This document shows, piece by piece, positions 47,778 through 59,365 of a stretch of DNA of 64,000 nt. This DNA is from Lepidodermella squamata. Taxonomy: Eukaryota; Animalia; Gastrotricha. The notes under the pieces are model-generated. The model saw only the letters and a program-made list of their open reading frames with translations, did no database searches and was not told the DNA's origin. Position 1 is the first letter of the stretch. Each line of letters begins with the position of its first letter. A program made the translations under genes and the position numbers. Where the stretch lies: the NCBI GenBank assembly GCA_047495785.1, contig JBLDXI010000033.1, positions 1,984,001-2,048,000 on the forward strand, in the 5' to 3' direction.

Positions 47778-49047
47778 TTAATATTTAACCGGAACAGCAA
47801 CGCCCATGCTTTTTAGGACTTCCTCAAGAGTGGCAAGAAATTGCTTGAAATCCTCGGGGTGCAGATTGCCAATGCTACCAAGTCTAAAGCAGTCAGCGTC
47901 AATCACTTTTCCTGGATATATCAGAAAACCCTTTTCACTCAGTTTCTCGTACATCTGCTGGAAATTGAACGCTGGATCTTTAGGATAGTGATAGGACGTG
48001 ATTATGTAGGCATCGTCAGTCAAAGCCGGGGGCTGCAAATATTCTTTGAAACCTAGCTTCGTCATTCCTTTGCGCAATATCGCACGGTTGTTGCTATATC
48101 TTTGTCCTCTTGCAGATGTGCCACCTTCAGCTTCGAATTCTTCCAGTGCTTTGGAAAAGGCCAGCATGGAATGTGTTGGTGGTGTGAATCTGAACTGTGT
48201 GGTTTTTTCGAGGGTAACCCACTGGTCATAAATGTCTAAGGATAGAGATCGGGAATTTCCCTTGCATCGCTGCAGTGTTTCGATTCTTCCAATCACGAAA
48301 GAGAATCCGGGAACTCCTTCCAAGCATTTATTGGCCGAACTGACCAGAAAGTCGATCGATGAATTATTAAGGCTAATGGGAATGGCGCCAAACGATGACA
48401 TGGCATCAATCAAGTACAAAGGACGCTTAGTACCAGGTAAATTGGCAATTATGGTGCCGATTTCTGCTATCGGATTGATTACGCCTGATGAAGTTTCCGA
48501 GTGCACTACGGCCACCATACTAATATTCGAGCCATCGCCAATTTCTTTTTTGACGGTTTCTACATCCACCCTGGTGCCATCTGGAAAACTGATCTAAATT
48601 CAAATCACCAGTAAGAAAGGTAGAATTTCACAAAACAATAAAACTGACAACTCGGTGTGGTATTCCGATGACTTGACAAATGTCAGCCATCCTTTTGCCA
48701 TAAGAACCATTTTTTAGGATCAAGACAGGTTTCTTTTCATCTCTGGGAATGGCGCTTTGGAAAACGGCCTCAACTGAATAAGTACCCGTGCCTTGGATCG
48801 GAACACACGTGTAAGTTGAAGTGGTAACACCGGCAATTTCGACCAACTTCGTACGGATTGATCGCACCACGTTAATAAACTCGCCATCGCGAGATCCCAA
48901 ATCACGTAACATGGCTTGTTTCACGGTTAGCGATGTGCTCAATGGCCCAGGAGTGAGCAATTTCTTTTGTGCGGATTGCAACATTAAATGTGTGCTGAAA
49001 CAACGATGAGCTATCGACTTGGCGATAACTTGCTTTAAACCTAACAT
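47778..49047 (-). CDS. 2-aminoethylphosphonate-pyruvate transaminase (PhnW/AEPT, class V PLP enzyme) with mitochondrial-type presequence, 2 exons
   Basis: LLTPGPLSTSLTVKQAMLRDLGSRD, NGSYGKRM, VHSETSSGVINP, DAMSSFG, SSANKCLEGVPG (PLP Lys), QFRFTPPTH and GFLIYPGK..CFRLGSIG. Confidence 0.95.
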
Positions 49048-50275
49048 TGCCGCTGATTAACGATGATCAACAAATATAAATGTAATTCTACTATACAGCA
49101 AACAATAAATCGTATGTATTTATCAGTTAGGGGAACTTGATGTGCGGAATTCCGAACAGTTGAAAAGTAAAAGCTTTTGAAATTTAACAGGCCGAGTGAG
49201 AAGTGAAAAAATTCTAACGCGCACTTCGCCATGGTGTGGCGAGTTTATATGGTGCATGTTGTACCTAGTACTCGGAAAGGCTGCGCTGTGATAAAATGCC
49301 GGGCTCATCCAGACCGCTGATAACAACTGCGTTGTAATAACCCGAACTCAAACAATCGTCTACCGGAGATAAAATACCCAGCTCTTACTTCATACTGCCG
49401 AGTGTCATTGGTTATTTAGCATTATTTTTCGGGATCACTATACGAACATGTATACGAATGCTATGAACGGATGATTGTAGATCATATCGAAAGAGTTTAT
49501 TGCCCTCCTTGTAACAGGATGTAGCTGAGGGGTGAAAATTGTTTATCCGGACAACAGAAAAATCTTGGAATAATCGACTGAAATTACCCGACATAAATTT
49601 AGATCAGAGGCAAGTTTGCTTCAATGCTGAGAAATGAGAGCAGCTTGGAAACGGCATCCGTCGCTTGGATCGAAACCCTCTTATACATGGAATCGATTTC
49701 ACCAATGTCTATCAGTTTCCGCAGCATTTACCTAAGAGTCAGGAACTTGCTGGTCGATTCAGTGTCGGATAAGTTTTCACAGGATAAGCTAAAGGGTGTA
49801 TTAGCCGACGCGATATTTTCCTACTTTGGCCCTCCATTTTGGACTTTTGATGTCATCTTACCTGCTATGTTCCTTGCATGCGTTTGGACTTCAGTCAAGC
49901 CTCTCTGGGTTTGCATCAGTTTGCAACAGTTTGCATCTGCAGTGGCAGCAGTGGCAGCAATGTCCAGATATTTTATATCAGTGATATTGGTGGATATCGA
50001 CTTGAGACTCTGAATGCGGGGGCTATGGATGTGAAGGTTCCGCTAACACTCTGAGAATTCCTATTACTGACTGAATCAAAAGGTCTTGTATTTCAGTGGA
50101 TAAATTAAAGCCATAAACGAGGAAAAACTTTGAATTAAGGCAATGAACCTATTGCAAGTTAAACGCTTTGAAATGTCAGGAATACGGCTGTCACCAACTT
50201 TTTATTTGTCGCAAGTAGCGAATTTGGCGTTCAAGGAGCAATAAAAATATGAAATCTAAAACACTATCAAAGTGG

Positions 50276-51635
50276 TTAGCAAACCCAGTTATTTCTTCCG
50301 TTAAACAAAAATGACTGTTTCGCCGCTTTTTGAGGGTTATATTGAGCCGGACTGGGCATGTTGTACTCATCAATCGATCCGAGTTGCCATCTGCTCGTGT
50401 TCGAAACAAATGCTGCCGATGACATGGGAATACGGATAGGCTCTCTGTAAGCTCCTACATCGTAAGCACCAGGGCCAGGCTGAGGGCCAGGTGGTGGCGG
50501 AGGAATAGCTGGAGCCGACAGGCAAAGGAAATGTTTCTTCCTAATTATATGAAAATTGCACTATAAATCAGCCGAGACATTTTTAACAAATCAAACAAAC
50601 GGTAATTGCAGATCCTGTTTCTCTTTAACCATGGCTGCCTCTCTCACGTTGTAAGCTGCGGGCCCTGGGCTCTAAACATGATGGCTTCGAATTTAAATTC
50701 ATTTTCAATCATTATAATTAACCTTGTATTTTTGATCGTATATCTTCAATCGCTCTGAATTTGAGGTAAAACAGTGACTTGCACCGCTTGTAACGATCTC
50801 TGGCTTCAGAATATCATCCTTCACATCGTACTGACCTGAGAGTCACGTCATATGTTACGCATGCAAATAGGCTTGCAATCAAATTTACCTGGCCCTGGAT
50901 TGTTTTTGTATTCAAAAGCCGGCTCAGCGGTCCGTTGACTGGATGATTTGAATTGATTAGTGGCCCCGCTGACTTTACGGAATTTCAAGTCATCGGCATT
51001 AGTAACCTCGTATTTATTAGGTGGCGGTAAATTTAATGCTTCTCTATTAATGAGAGGGTGGCTTTTCTCAGAAACCGCGATTGGCCTTTGAAACTGATAG
51101 GACGCTATCGTTCGATTGAAATCTTTTTTCGAAACGATATTACCAGCTGTATCGTAAACGTTTGGCGCCGGCGTCCTGTCTATAGCGAATCGTTGAGGGA
51201 AACGAACCGCCTTGCTAGTCATCGTTCCAAAGCCCGACTTTGAATGAGATGGACTAGCTGTAATCAGAGCACCTTCGGCATCACGAGAATACGCGCCAGG
51301 GCCCGGTATTTCAGACTGTAAATGAAAGACAACACGGTTAATGCACCATATTCTTCGATTCCAATGTTTACAAACAGGATAAAATTGAAACCGCTTCGAT
51401 TGACTACCGAAACCCTGACTCTCGGCGTTAGAAATCACGAACGTTTGGAATTTGCTTGGTATTGATGCATTTCGCAAGCGAGTTGAGTTTCCTTTATACA
51501 AATATTCTAGCCAAGTGGGTTATTTTGACGAGTAGACAAACCTCTTTGAAGTCGTCCACTAGCCAGAGCCTCAGAATGGATCCGTTTTACGTACAGGTCA
51601 TCTTTTATTAATTTAACGCTATCGCCGCCGGGCAT
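50276..51635 (-). CDS. STPG1: Sperm-tail PG-rich repeat protein 1 (MAPO2/C1orf201), multi-exon
   Basis: SIPSKFQTFVISNAESQGFGSQSKRF; repeated PGPGxY motifs; KHFLCLSAPAIP and terminal KQSFLFNGRNNW match STPG1. Confidence 0.85.
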
Positions 51636-52288
51636 ATTCGCAGTAACTCACTGACGAATTCTAAACGAAGATGACGTCCATACAATTATAAAATCTGAAT
51701 TATTGGGGGCGTGATTATAGTCAACAAGTTAGACTCAGCAATTTTAACAATAGGAGTTATGCTTATGAATTCTCAAGAAACAAGGGCCCCGCCAAGGTAA
51801 GAGAAGACGGCAGCTTGTAAACCGAGACCGAACCTGAACATTCTTCTCAATTAGCTGTTAGCTTCGCACGTAACTGTGGAGGCGTTACCCATGAAATGCA
51901 TTTTACAACGCCGAGATTCAACCTACGACAAAATTTGGCGTGCGCGACCCAGCACTAGCGGTAATTCAGAAGTACGCTGTCCGTTACCGCCGAGAGTATC
52001 AGATATGCTCCAAGAAAAGGCCTATGATAACTTGCTTCACACAATCTCATTCATACCAGACGTATGTTAGGTATATTTAGCAGACTACTTCTGTGAGACG
52101 CTGAATCTTTTAGGTGGCTGTCATTGCGCAACTTTTTATAATTGACAGGGGAAACCGCATCCAGAAATGCCGAATTATAAGTATATAGGCACAAATCATA
52201 TCGTTTGTAAGTTGGAACCATATTAATCAGCAGTTATTAAAAAAAAATAAAATAAACCAGATTCTTCATTAATGAAATTCACACAGTA

Positions 52289-52716
52289 GGGCACACAATA
52301 GTTCAGTGGATAGCTGTCTGCTGTGCATTGAATGTCAAAGATCGATGGGCACGAGTTCGATCCCCACCCGGATCGACCGTGATTAATCAATGACGCTCTA
52401 TCCCGACGGTGGCCCACCACTCTATCGTGTTACAAAATAGGAAAAGTGGAAGATTAGGAGTGTCAGCGAGACTGCACTTATCGCTACCTAGCTGTCAAAA
52501 AGAGACCCTAAGAGCGCTCATTCGTGACCCGTGGCCTCGACCCATCCATTCAACGAATGGGACGTCTCGAAAATAACAAGGAATTTTCATCGATGGAATT
52601 CATCTAGTGCTCGCCGAAGAGTGCATCTCAGGGGACTTGCGGGAGATTTTAATGTGAGACATTTTCTCAGATGGATGGATGGATGGATGGATGGATGGAT
52701 GGATGGATGGATGGAT
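52289..52716 (+). mobile_element. tRNA-derived SINE with (ATGG)n tail
   Basis: Pol III A box TAGTTCAGTGG (52299-52309) and B box GAGTTCGATCC (52353-52363); ~300-bp tRNA-unrelated body; terminal hairpin TGAGA-CATTT-TCTCA followed by the microsatellite. Confidence 0.8.
52671..52716. repeat. (ATGG)11.5 microsatellite
   Basis: Perfect tetranucleotide run. Confidence 0.95.
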
Positions 52717-53075
52717 TTATAAGCCCAATTGCCAGTTGCCCGACGATATGCTTGGGCATCGGTTTGAGAGTTTAGCACCCGAGTCACCGCTGTAGCGATG
52801 TTTTACATCAGAAATCGCTGATCGACAGCGAAACATGCAGGCGTCGTTAAGGACGCCAAAATTATAAAATAATAGAAAACGTGATTAAAATTAAAAAATA
52901 TCAAATATTTAGTAGTTAACTATTATTTGTTAAGATCATCTACAGTCACATGTCGGTCAGCTGATTCATGTCATGTGACCTGTCGCCTTCAAAGGCGACT
53001 TGTTGGACAGGATGGATATGGATACATCTCAACTCCGAATGTGTTGCCATTCTAATATTGCTGCTTCTTAATACC

Positions 53076-54617
53076 ATGCGATTGGCAAAAGTTTCTGATT
53101 TGCTGCTTTTCAAGCAAGACTTCGTACCCAACTTCTGCAAAGAAAGCCTTTCCAAAAGCTTCAAGGTAGTTTTCAGATTTCAACTTTTGACTGTGAAGTG
53201 GCTACCTACTCATTCTTCCGTCATATTCTACATTCAGGCATTAACTTTACATGGCTGGATCTCAAGCAGTTACAACGGGGCCTACTATTTCCTGCCTCAA
53301 TTACAACGCACGGTTGAGAAGCTATCACAAGTGGTAGCATCGAATATGGACTCGATAGGCGCTATGCGTGTTTCGCTACCATCTCTATGCAAGTCCTCTC
53401 ATCTAGAGCAATCAGGTATTATTCTGAGCAAAATCAAATTATCACCCCATTTTTGTTTAAATTAATGATAAATGCAATAAATAGGAAGGTGGAAGGCTTT
53501 TCCTGAATTGTTCACTCTGAAAGACCGTCGTAACAATGAATTTGCACTGTCTCCTACGTGCGAAGAAGGCATATGTCATTTGATTACCACTCTTGGCAAG
53601 CCATTACCTAAAGCACGATTACCACTTCTTCTATATCAAATAACCACGAAATACCGAGACGAGCTGCATCCGCGTAATGGCCTCCTTCGTGGCCGTGAAT
53701 TTCTCATGAAAGATCTTTACAGCTTTGATTTCGATTGTAAACATGCGGAGATCACTTATAGGAAAGTATACGAAGCCTACAACAATCTCTTCAAATCTCT
53801 TGGCTTGAAATTTTACGCTGTTGAGGGTTCAGTTGGGTTAATGGGCGGTTCGGCTTCGCACGAGTTTCATATTTCGGCAGAATCAGGAGAAAACGAGCTG
53901 TTGGTTTGTCGTAAGTGCGATTCTGGCTTTAGTTTAGAGCTGCTTCAAGAGCAATCAAAGGAAGTTAAATCTTGCTCAAAATGTGGTCATCATCTGGAAA
54001 AGGAGAACGGCATTGAGGTTAGTTGCATAAACTAGCAGCCTTACCGCCTTTCACAATGGATTATGGATTTATAGATTGGCCATACGTTTTTGCTGGGTAA
54101 AAAGTATTCTGAAGCATTCAACATTCAGTATAAATCATCCCAAAACGAAGCAGACATTGTTTGGATGGGTTGTTTCGGTATTGGTATTACTCGTTTGATA
54201 GCCGCATGCTTGGAGCAGTTTGGCAGTGATGAACGCATATCTCTCCCAACTGCCATAACCCCCTATCTAGGAGTGGTTATTCCCCAAAAGGAGGGCCATC
54301 GGTTTTCTGATTCTTTAAATGTCGCGGAAAGGGTTGCTGGTCATTTGCCTTCCGTTTCCAACGCGGGGGATTTTGTTTTCGATGATCGTCATCAATTATC
54401 TATAGGGCGGCGATTGCAAGATGCCTACAATGCCGGTATTCCATTGGCAATCGTTGCAGGAAGAACGGCATTGGAAGATCCTCCTAAATTGGAAGTGTAT
54501 TGGCGTCCTTGCGGCTCTACCAAGCTAAAAAATGAAAAGCCATTGATTGTTTGCACGGAGGCTGAGATGATAGGGCAGTTGAAAGATTTGTTGCGCTCTA
54601 ATGGAGCTATCATTTAG
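53076..54617 (+). CDS. PARS2: Mitochondrial prolyl-tRNA synthetase, 4 exons
   Basis: LSPTCEE, LYQITTKYRDELHPRNGLLRGREFLMKDLYSFD, MGGSASHEF, GIE|IGHTFLLGKKYS and MGCFGIGITRL. Confidence 0.95.
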
Positions 54618-54705
54618 TGGGGTGTTTTATAACTTCTATCAAGCTCATCAAACTTTGAAGATTTCATGAAATTTTTTATTGTTAGACATTTTATTCTTAG
54701 TGACA

Positions 54706-56073
54706 ATGATGGAAGAAGATATAAATACTGGATCAATGTCGCCAGAGGCCAATAAAGCTGCTTCTTTGCGAGAAAATCTATTGAGAAATTTTGCGACATC
54801 ATTTGCAAACTGCAAATTTAGCAAGGTGAAAAGCGTATTAGATTCTAATCAAGCTGTATCAAAGCTTCTGCATTCACAACTGAGGCAATTATTCGACGCA
54901 GAAAAACTGTTTCTTCAAATGAAATTTCACGCCCCACAATCTCGGCTATTATTTTTCCAGTCTTCGAAAGAACCTTCCACCGCTGCAATGTTTCAAGGAA
55001 TAATTCAGGCTGTCAACCAACCATCGGATGCCGGAGAAGATCTCGACTTGCTGTCAGATTTATCTAGTTTCGCAACCTGCCGTCTGGCCTTCATAGAGTT
55101 TTTGACGACATTGGCTGGCAACGAGTCTACCAAGTCAATTCAAGTAGCGTTGAAAAAGCTAGGCTCTAGCGCGTCTGTCATAGTTTCCACGTCACCTTGC
55201 CTCGCTCCCATTTTCGATCGATTGCGTGCGGAGTTCAAGTCATTGTATCACACCTTCGAAACCCTGTCTTTGGTTAATAATTTGCGATACATTGATGCTC
55301 TGGTAGCATTACAACAAGCTTTTGCTCGTTTCGATGAATTAGATTCACGGACGGGCTTATCTAGTGGTAATGCGAGCCTCGTTGGTCCTGTTGGGAGCAG
55401 CGCCTCTGGAGATTCATGGCAGAAGTTCTACATTTGGCTAAGAAACGCTTTGTCTCATTTTGTTGGGAAGTTTTGCTGCTTTTTCTACACGGCAGTTGGT
55501 TCTTTTCTTGTTCCGGATGGCCAAGTTGGCTCGACCAATGCTTTGCCCGGTTTATTAGCCCGGTCGTCGTACCCGGATTTTATTGGCCGATTCTTCACAT
55601 TGGCGAAGAAGTTTTCGATAGAAATGCTCGTTTTATTTTGCGATCCTATTGGCGATCGAAGCATCATTGAACCCAATTTTAAATTGGACCTTGAAGGCCA
55701 GGCCATCGAAAAACAGGAGGACCTTGTGCCTTCAGGTGATCTTCATGTTATGTTGGCTTATTGGCCTGCAGACCCAACTAACGATCCAACCTCGCCAGTA
55801 TTCACCGCTGCTTTTAGCAGGTATCAGCACTTCATTTGGAAGCTTTTAACGCAACATCGTGTTCGTGATGATCCATACACATCTGCAGAGGTTCAATCTT
55901 CGAAGACAATTTTAGTCAGCGTGGACGCCTCTGTCTTTCTAGTTTGCTCTTACGGCACTGTAGCGCGCGGTTATAAGGAGAGTCACATTATTACCGCGGT
56001 AACCGAATTAGCTGGTGCCCTACGATGTAAAAATGTATTCCAGCCATTGAAAGATGCGTGCTTGCAAGTATAA
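54706..56073 (+). CDS. KICS2: KICSTOR subunit 2 (C12orf66) homolog, intronless
   Basis: LFDAEKLF, CRLAFIEF, YIWL....FVGKFCCFFY and terminal LRCKNVFQPLK align with recalled C12orf66 motifs (AEKVY, ARMEMADF, LWL..LLAKFSFYF, LRNSKVFASLK). Confidence 0.75.
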   Translation: MMEEDINTGSMSPEANKAASLRENLLRNFATSFANCKFSKVKSVLDSNQAVSKLLHSQLRQLFDAEKLFLQMKFHAPQSRLLFFQSSKEPSTAAMFQGIIQAVNQPSDAGEDLDLLSDLSSFATCRLAFIEFLTTLAGNESTKSIQVALKKLGSSASVIVSTSPCLAPIFDRLRAEFKSLYHTFETLSLVNNLRYIDALVALQQAFARFDELDSRTGLSSGNASLVGPVGSSASGDSWQKFYIWLRNALSHFVGKFCCFFYTAVGSFLVPDGQVGSTNALPGLLARSSYPDFIGRFFTLAKKFSIEMLVLFCDPIGDRSIIEPNFKLDLEGQAIEKQEDLVPSGDLHVMLAYWPADPTNDPTSPVFTAAFSRYQHFIWKLLTQHRVRDDPYTSAEVQSSKTILVSVDASVFLVCSYGTVARGYKESHIITAVTELAGALRCKNVFQPLKDACLQV

Positions 56074-56144
56074 GACGTTGCCTTGATTAAATTATTTTAA
56101 CTTGCATTCATTTTATTGTGATAGATTTTTATTTGGACAACATT

Positions 56145-57954
56145 ATGGTATCTGCCGACGTAACGGCTATCGTTTTAGCGGCTGGTGCCGGCTCTCGTCT
56201 CAAGGATATATTGCCAGCAAATTTGCCGAAATGTCTCTTGCCAGTCGGGAATCAGCCTTTGCTGAATTACGTCCTAACGTGGCTCGAAGCTGGGGGAGTC
56301 AAAAGTAATAAAAATCATAATAAACTATTGGCATAACCAAGTTATTTCCCTTTGGATAAAGATGCCTTCGTCGCTGTTCGCCCGGCCGATATGAGTGTCA
56401 TTAAAGATGCAATTGCATCTGGTTCTGCAAAATTGACGTCATCACTAGTGCCCAAATTTTTCCCTGTTCAAATTTCGCCTGTAATCGCTCAGAAACAGAA
56501 AACGACTAGTCACTCGGTTCACTCCGATTCAGAGGAATCTGTTGAAGATGACCGGGCGTTTTCTATCACTTCAGAGGATGGCGAGGACGAAGAGGACGTC
56601 GAAGACGATGATGAGCAAGAGCTGGAGCCTGTAGATTGCCTTCACCAGATGATTCATTTAGTCAAGGTTTTTCTCGATTTTTCTCTGTTGTGCCCTTTTA
56701 AGACAAGTTTTTCAGACAAGCAATGTGCTAATTGTTCCATGCGATTTTCTTGCTTCTTTCAATTTATCGGATCTGCTGAAGGCCCATTTGTTTGGATTGG
56801 ATCATGCAGCTTTGACGGCGCTGTTTCATCCATACCCTGATGGCCTAAGTGAAGCTCTATGCCCAGGTCAATCTCGAAAAATGGCAGCTGATTTTCCGCT
56901 AATTGCTGTAACCGCCGATTCCTCGCAAATTCTGCACTACGTCCCACCCGGAGATGTCACAGCTGGCGATGAATTGGTTATGCCCACACGGGTTCTTTTA
57001 ACAGCCAATTCTGTAAGTTCCTCGGCTACTCCGTTGCGCCTGCTCTCCCGTGTTTGCGACTCGCATCTCTATGTCTGCCGGACCCAAGTTCTCGAGAAAA
57101 TCCTTCGTGCTTCCGATCGCCGGATGCATGCCTCCATTCGTGACGATCTGCTGCCATTTATCATTGACCAGCAAACTTTGCCAGATCGTAGGCGTGTTGT
57201 CACTATGGCCGACTTCGGGTTGGATGAAATTACCAGTAAAGCTATGAGTTGGGTGCGCCAAAGTGACGAGCAGAAACCGCATTCTAATAATCCTCTGGAA
57301 AAAACCAGACCAGAGAAATTCGGGGCTGGCGATCCCATTCGGTGCTACGGCTTCATTGCCTCAAATTCTACTTTCGCTATTCGAGTTAACACAGTTGCCA
57401 ATTTTGTTTTAGCAAGCTTGAACTTGCCTCGATTTTGGTCTTCCCTCCCAATCAGCCGGGCCGCTATTGTTGGGCCTGGTTGTAAAGAAACTGCCAACGC
57501 GTCGATCAGCTCGAAAGCCAGGGTTGGGAACGATGTGCTAATAGGCAGTGGTTGTGTCGTCGGCGAGAGGGCCGTAGTCAATAGATGCGTTCTTGGGCGA
57601 CATTGTCGAGTTGCTGAAGATGCTAAAGTTACCGACTCTGTTTTGCTGGATAATGCTGATATTGGCCCAGGGTAAGAATGATGGGAAAATATCATTTCTA
57701 TAATAACAGCCACCTTCTCCCCTGAAACAGATGTGTGGTTCAAAACTCAGTAATTTGCGGTCACTGCGTACTGGAAGAAAAAACCGAAATTCGCGAGTCG
57801 ATTGTCGTTGAGCGGTATACTGTTTCGAAAGGAAGTAAGTTTTTGCGATTACTTGCCATTTAAAAATAACCATTGATCTTTTTTAGCTAAACATCGCTGT
57901 GAAATTGTTGGCTCCGAATTTGAACTCGATATTGAAGATGACCATCAAAGCTGA
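56145..57954 (+). CDS. EIF2B3: Translation initiation factor eIF2B gamma subunit, 5 exons
   Basis: AIVLAAGAGSRL..PKCLLPVGNQPLLNY.LTWLE, DSHLY, SIRDDLLPFII, IRCY, RVNT and C-terminal left-handed beta-helix repeats. Confidence 0.9.
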
Positions 57955-58780
57955 TCAGTCTTGGGAAGAATGTATCTTGTCGAATGACTAAACATGTTGA
58001 CCTTATTGTGAATCTATTGTGAGAAAAATAAATTAATATGGTTTGAAAATTGCGTGAAAAACGCCGTCAATAATTCTGTTATATCATTTTCAAGCATCAT
58101 TTTCAAGTTGAAAAGTCGAAAATGCGCCTTAGGGAAGACCTAGTCAATAGCTTTTCGAAGATTTTCGCTGAATTTTTCAATTTTTCGCTTCCTCAAAACG
58201 CCCGCTCTCGCTCCTATTCCAGTCGAATTCGATGTTGGATGATAACTTCAACAGCTTCGATATTTGAGGCTGTCCGACTGAAAAGGGCTGAAGATTTACA
58301 TTCGATGAATTGATCAGTATCAAAGAAATCATGTTTCGTAGCAGAGCTGGCTCTGATGAATAATTTTACTTGGGAACCGGGCTTGACAGTTTTGAATGAA
58401 TTTAGCCTTGATCCATATCCCAATTTGATTTCGTTATCTTCCAAGGAGAGCAGAGGAACTTCATCCTGCTTCGAAATGCAATATTTTACCCATCTTGAAA
58501 TAATCGGATCATTCCTTTTTTAATTTGAATTCAAAACTTCAATTGTCGAGGCTGTTTGTTATTACGATTGATGTGGTTTATATCGACCGTTACCAAATCT
58601 AACTGTTTTTCACATATTGCTTGGAAGCTAAAAAGATCCCATACACTATATTTCACTAGTTATTAGACTCATGTAAACGGGAAGGATAATTGCAACGAAA
58701 CCACGCATGAGCCAGCATCTTTCTTTTATTTCAATAGCACTCTCTAGCAACTCTGAACCACATAAAAGATATCCACATCT

Positions 58781-59252
58781 TTACAGCATGGCGACTTCGA
58801 CATCGACGACAGGGTCCAATGTCACCTCAATCTGATTACGAGAAAAAGGCAATAGATCAAATTCTTTTGAATTAGTAACTAAAGCTTACGAGGTTCTTCA
58901 TTTGCTCAGGAGCACCGAAGAAATCGATAACCCGCTTGTGGATGCGCATTTGGAAGCGATCCCAGGTCTTTGAACCTTCACCGCAGGGAGTTTTGCGACA
59001 GGTGATGCGAAGCACCTTAGTGGGGATGCGGGTCGGGCCACGAGTCTTAAGACCCTTATCACGAGCACTCTTGACGAAAGACGCGCACACTAAAAATATA
59101 AAGTTTCGTCAATCGGTGAAAAGCAAATGCGGCTATAACTCACTCTTCTCAATAGCTTTCATATTCTTGCTGGTGAGGGTGACACGAATGCGGTGAATAG
59201 TCTGCTCCGAGGTCTGCTCGACTCCCTTGCCTTTTTCCAAGACAGCAGCCAT
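58781..59252 (-). CDS. RPS20: 40S ribosomal protein S20 (uS10), 3 exons
   Basis: [51 protein letters not shown] and VDVEV. Confidence 0.98.
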
Positions 59253-59365
59253 GGTCAAGCTATTTACTAATTAGCTCTATAATGGGAGAAAAACACAGTT
59301 TCGATGAGCATGAGATTGTTGTTGAAAGTTTAATTGTAGTAGTATAAAAAGATCAAAGGTAAAAA

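Noticed and set aside
47778-49047. Recent bacterial HGT or contamination for the phnW-like gene
   Set aside because: It has a spliceosomal intron and a targeting presequence, and AEPT homologs are known in several invertebrate groups. A phylogeny is needed before claiming HGT.
49590-50040. 129-aa plus-strand ORF and a stop-interrupted minus-strand frame
   Set aside because: No motif recognised on either strand. It may be a decayed gene or transposon but cannot be supported.
52289-52372. Functional tRNA gene
   Set aside because: A and B boxes are present, but the acceptor stem does not pair and no anticodon arm is recognisable. It continues into a body and microsatellite tail, so I called it a SINE.
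35217-57954. Functional cluster of stress/translation-control genes (XBP1, AZIN-like, KICS2, EIF2B3)
   Set aside because: They are interspersed with unrelated genes on both strands, which is compatible with chance in a gene-dense genome.
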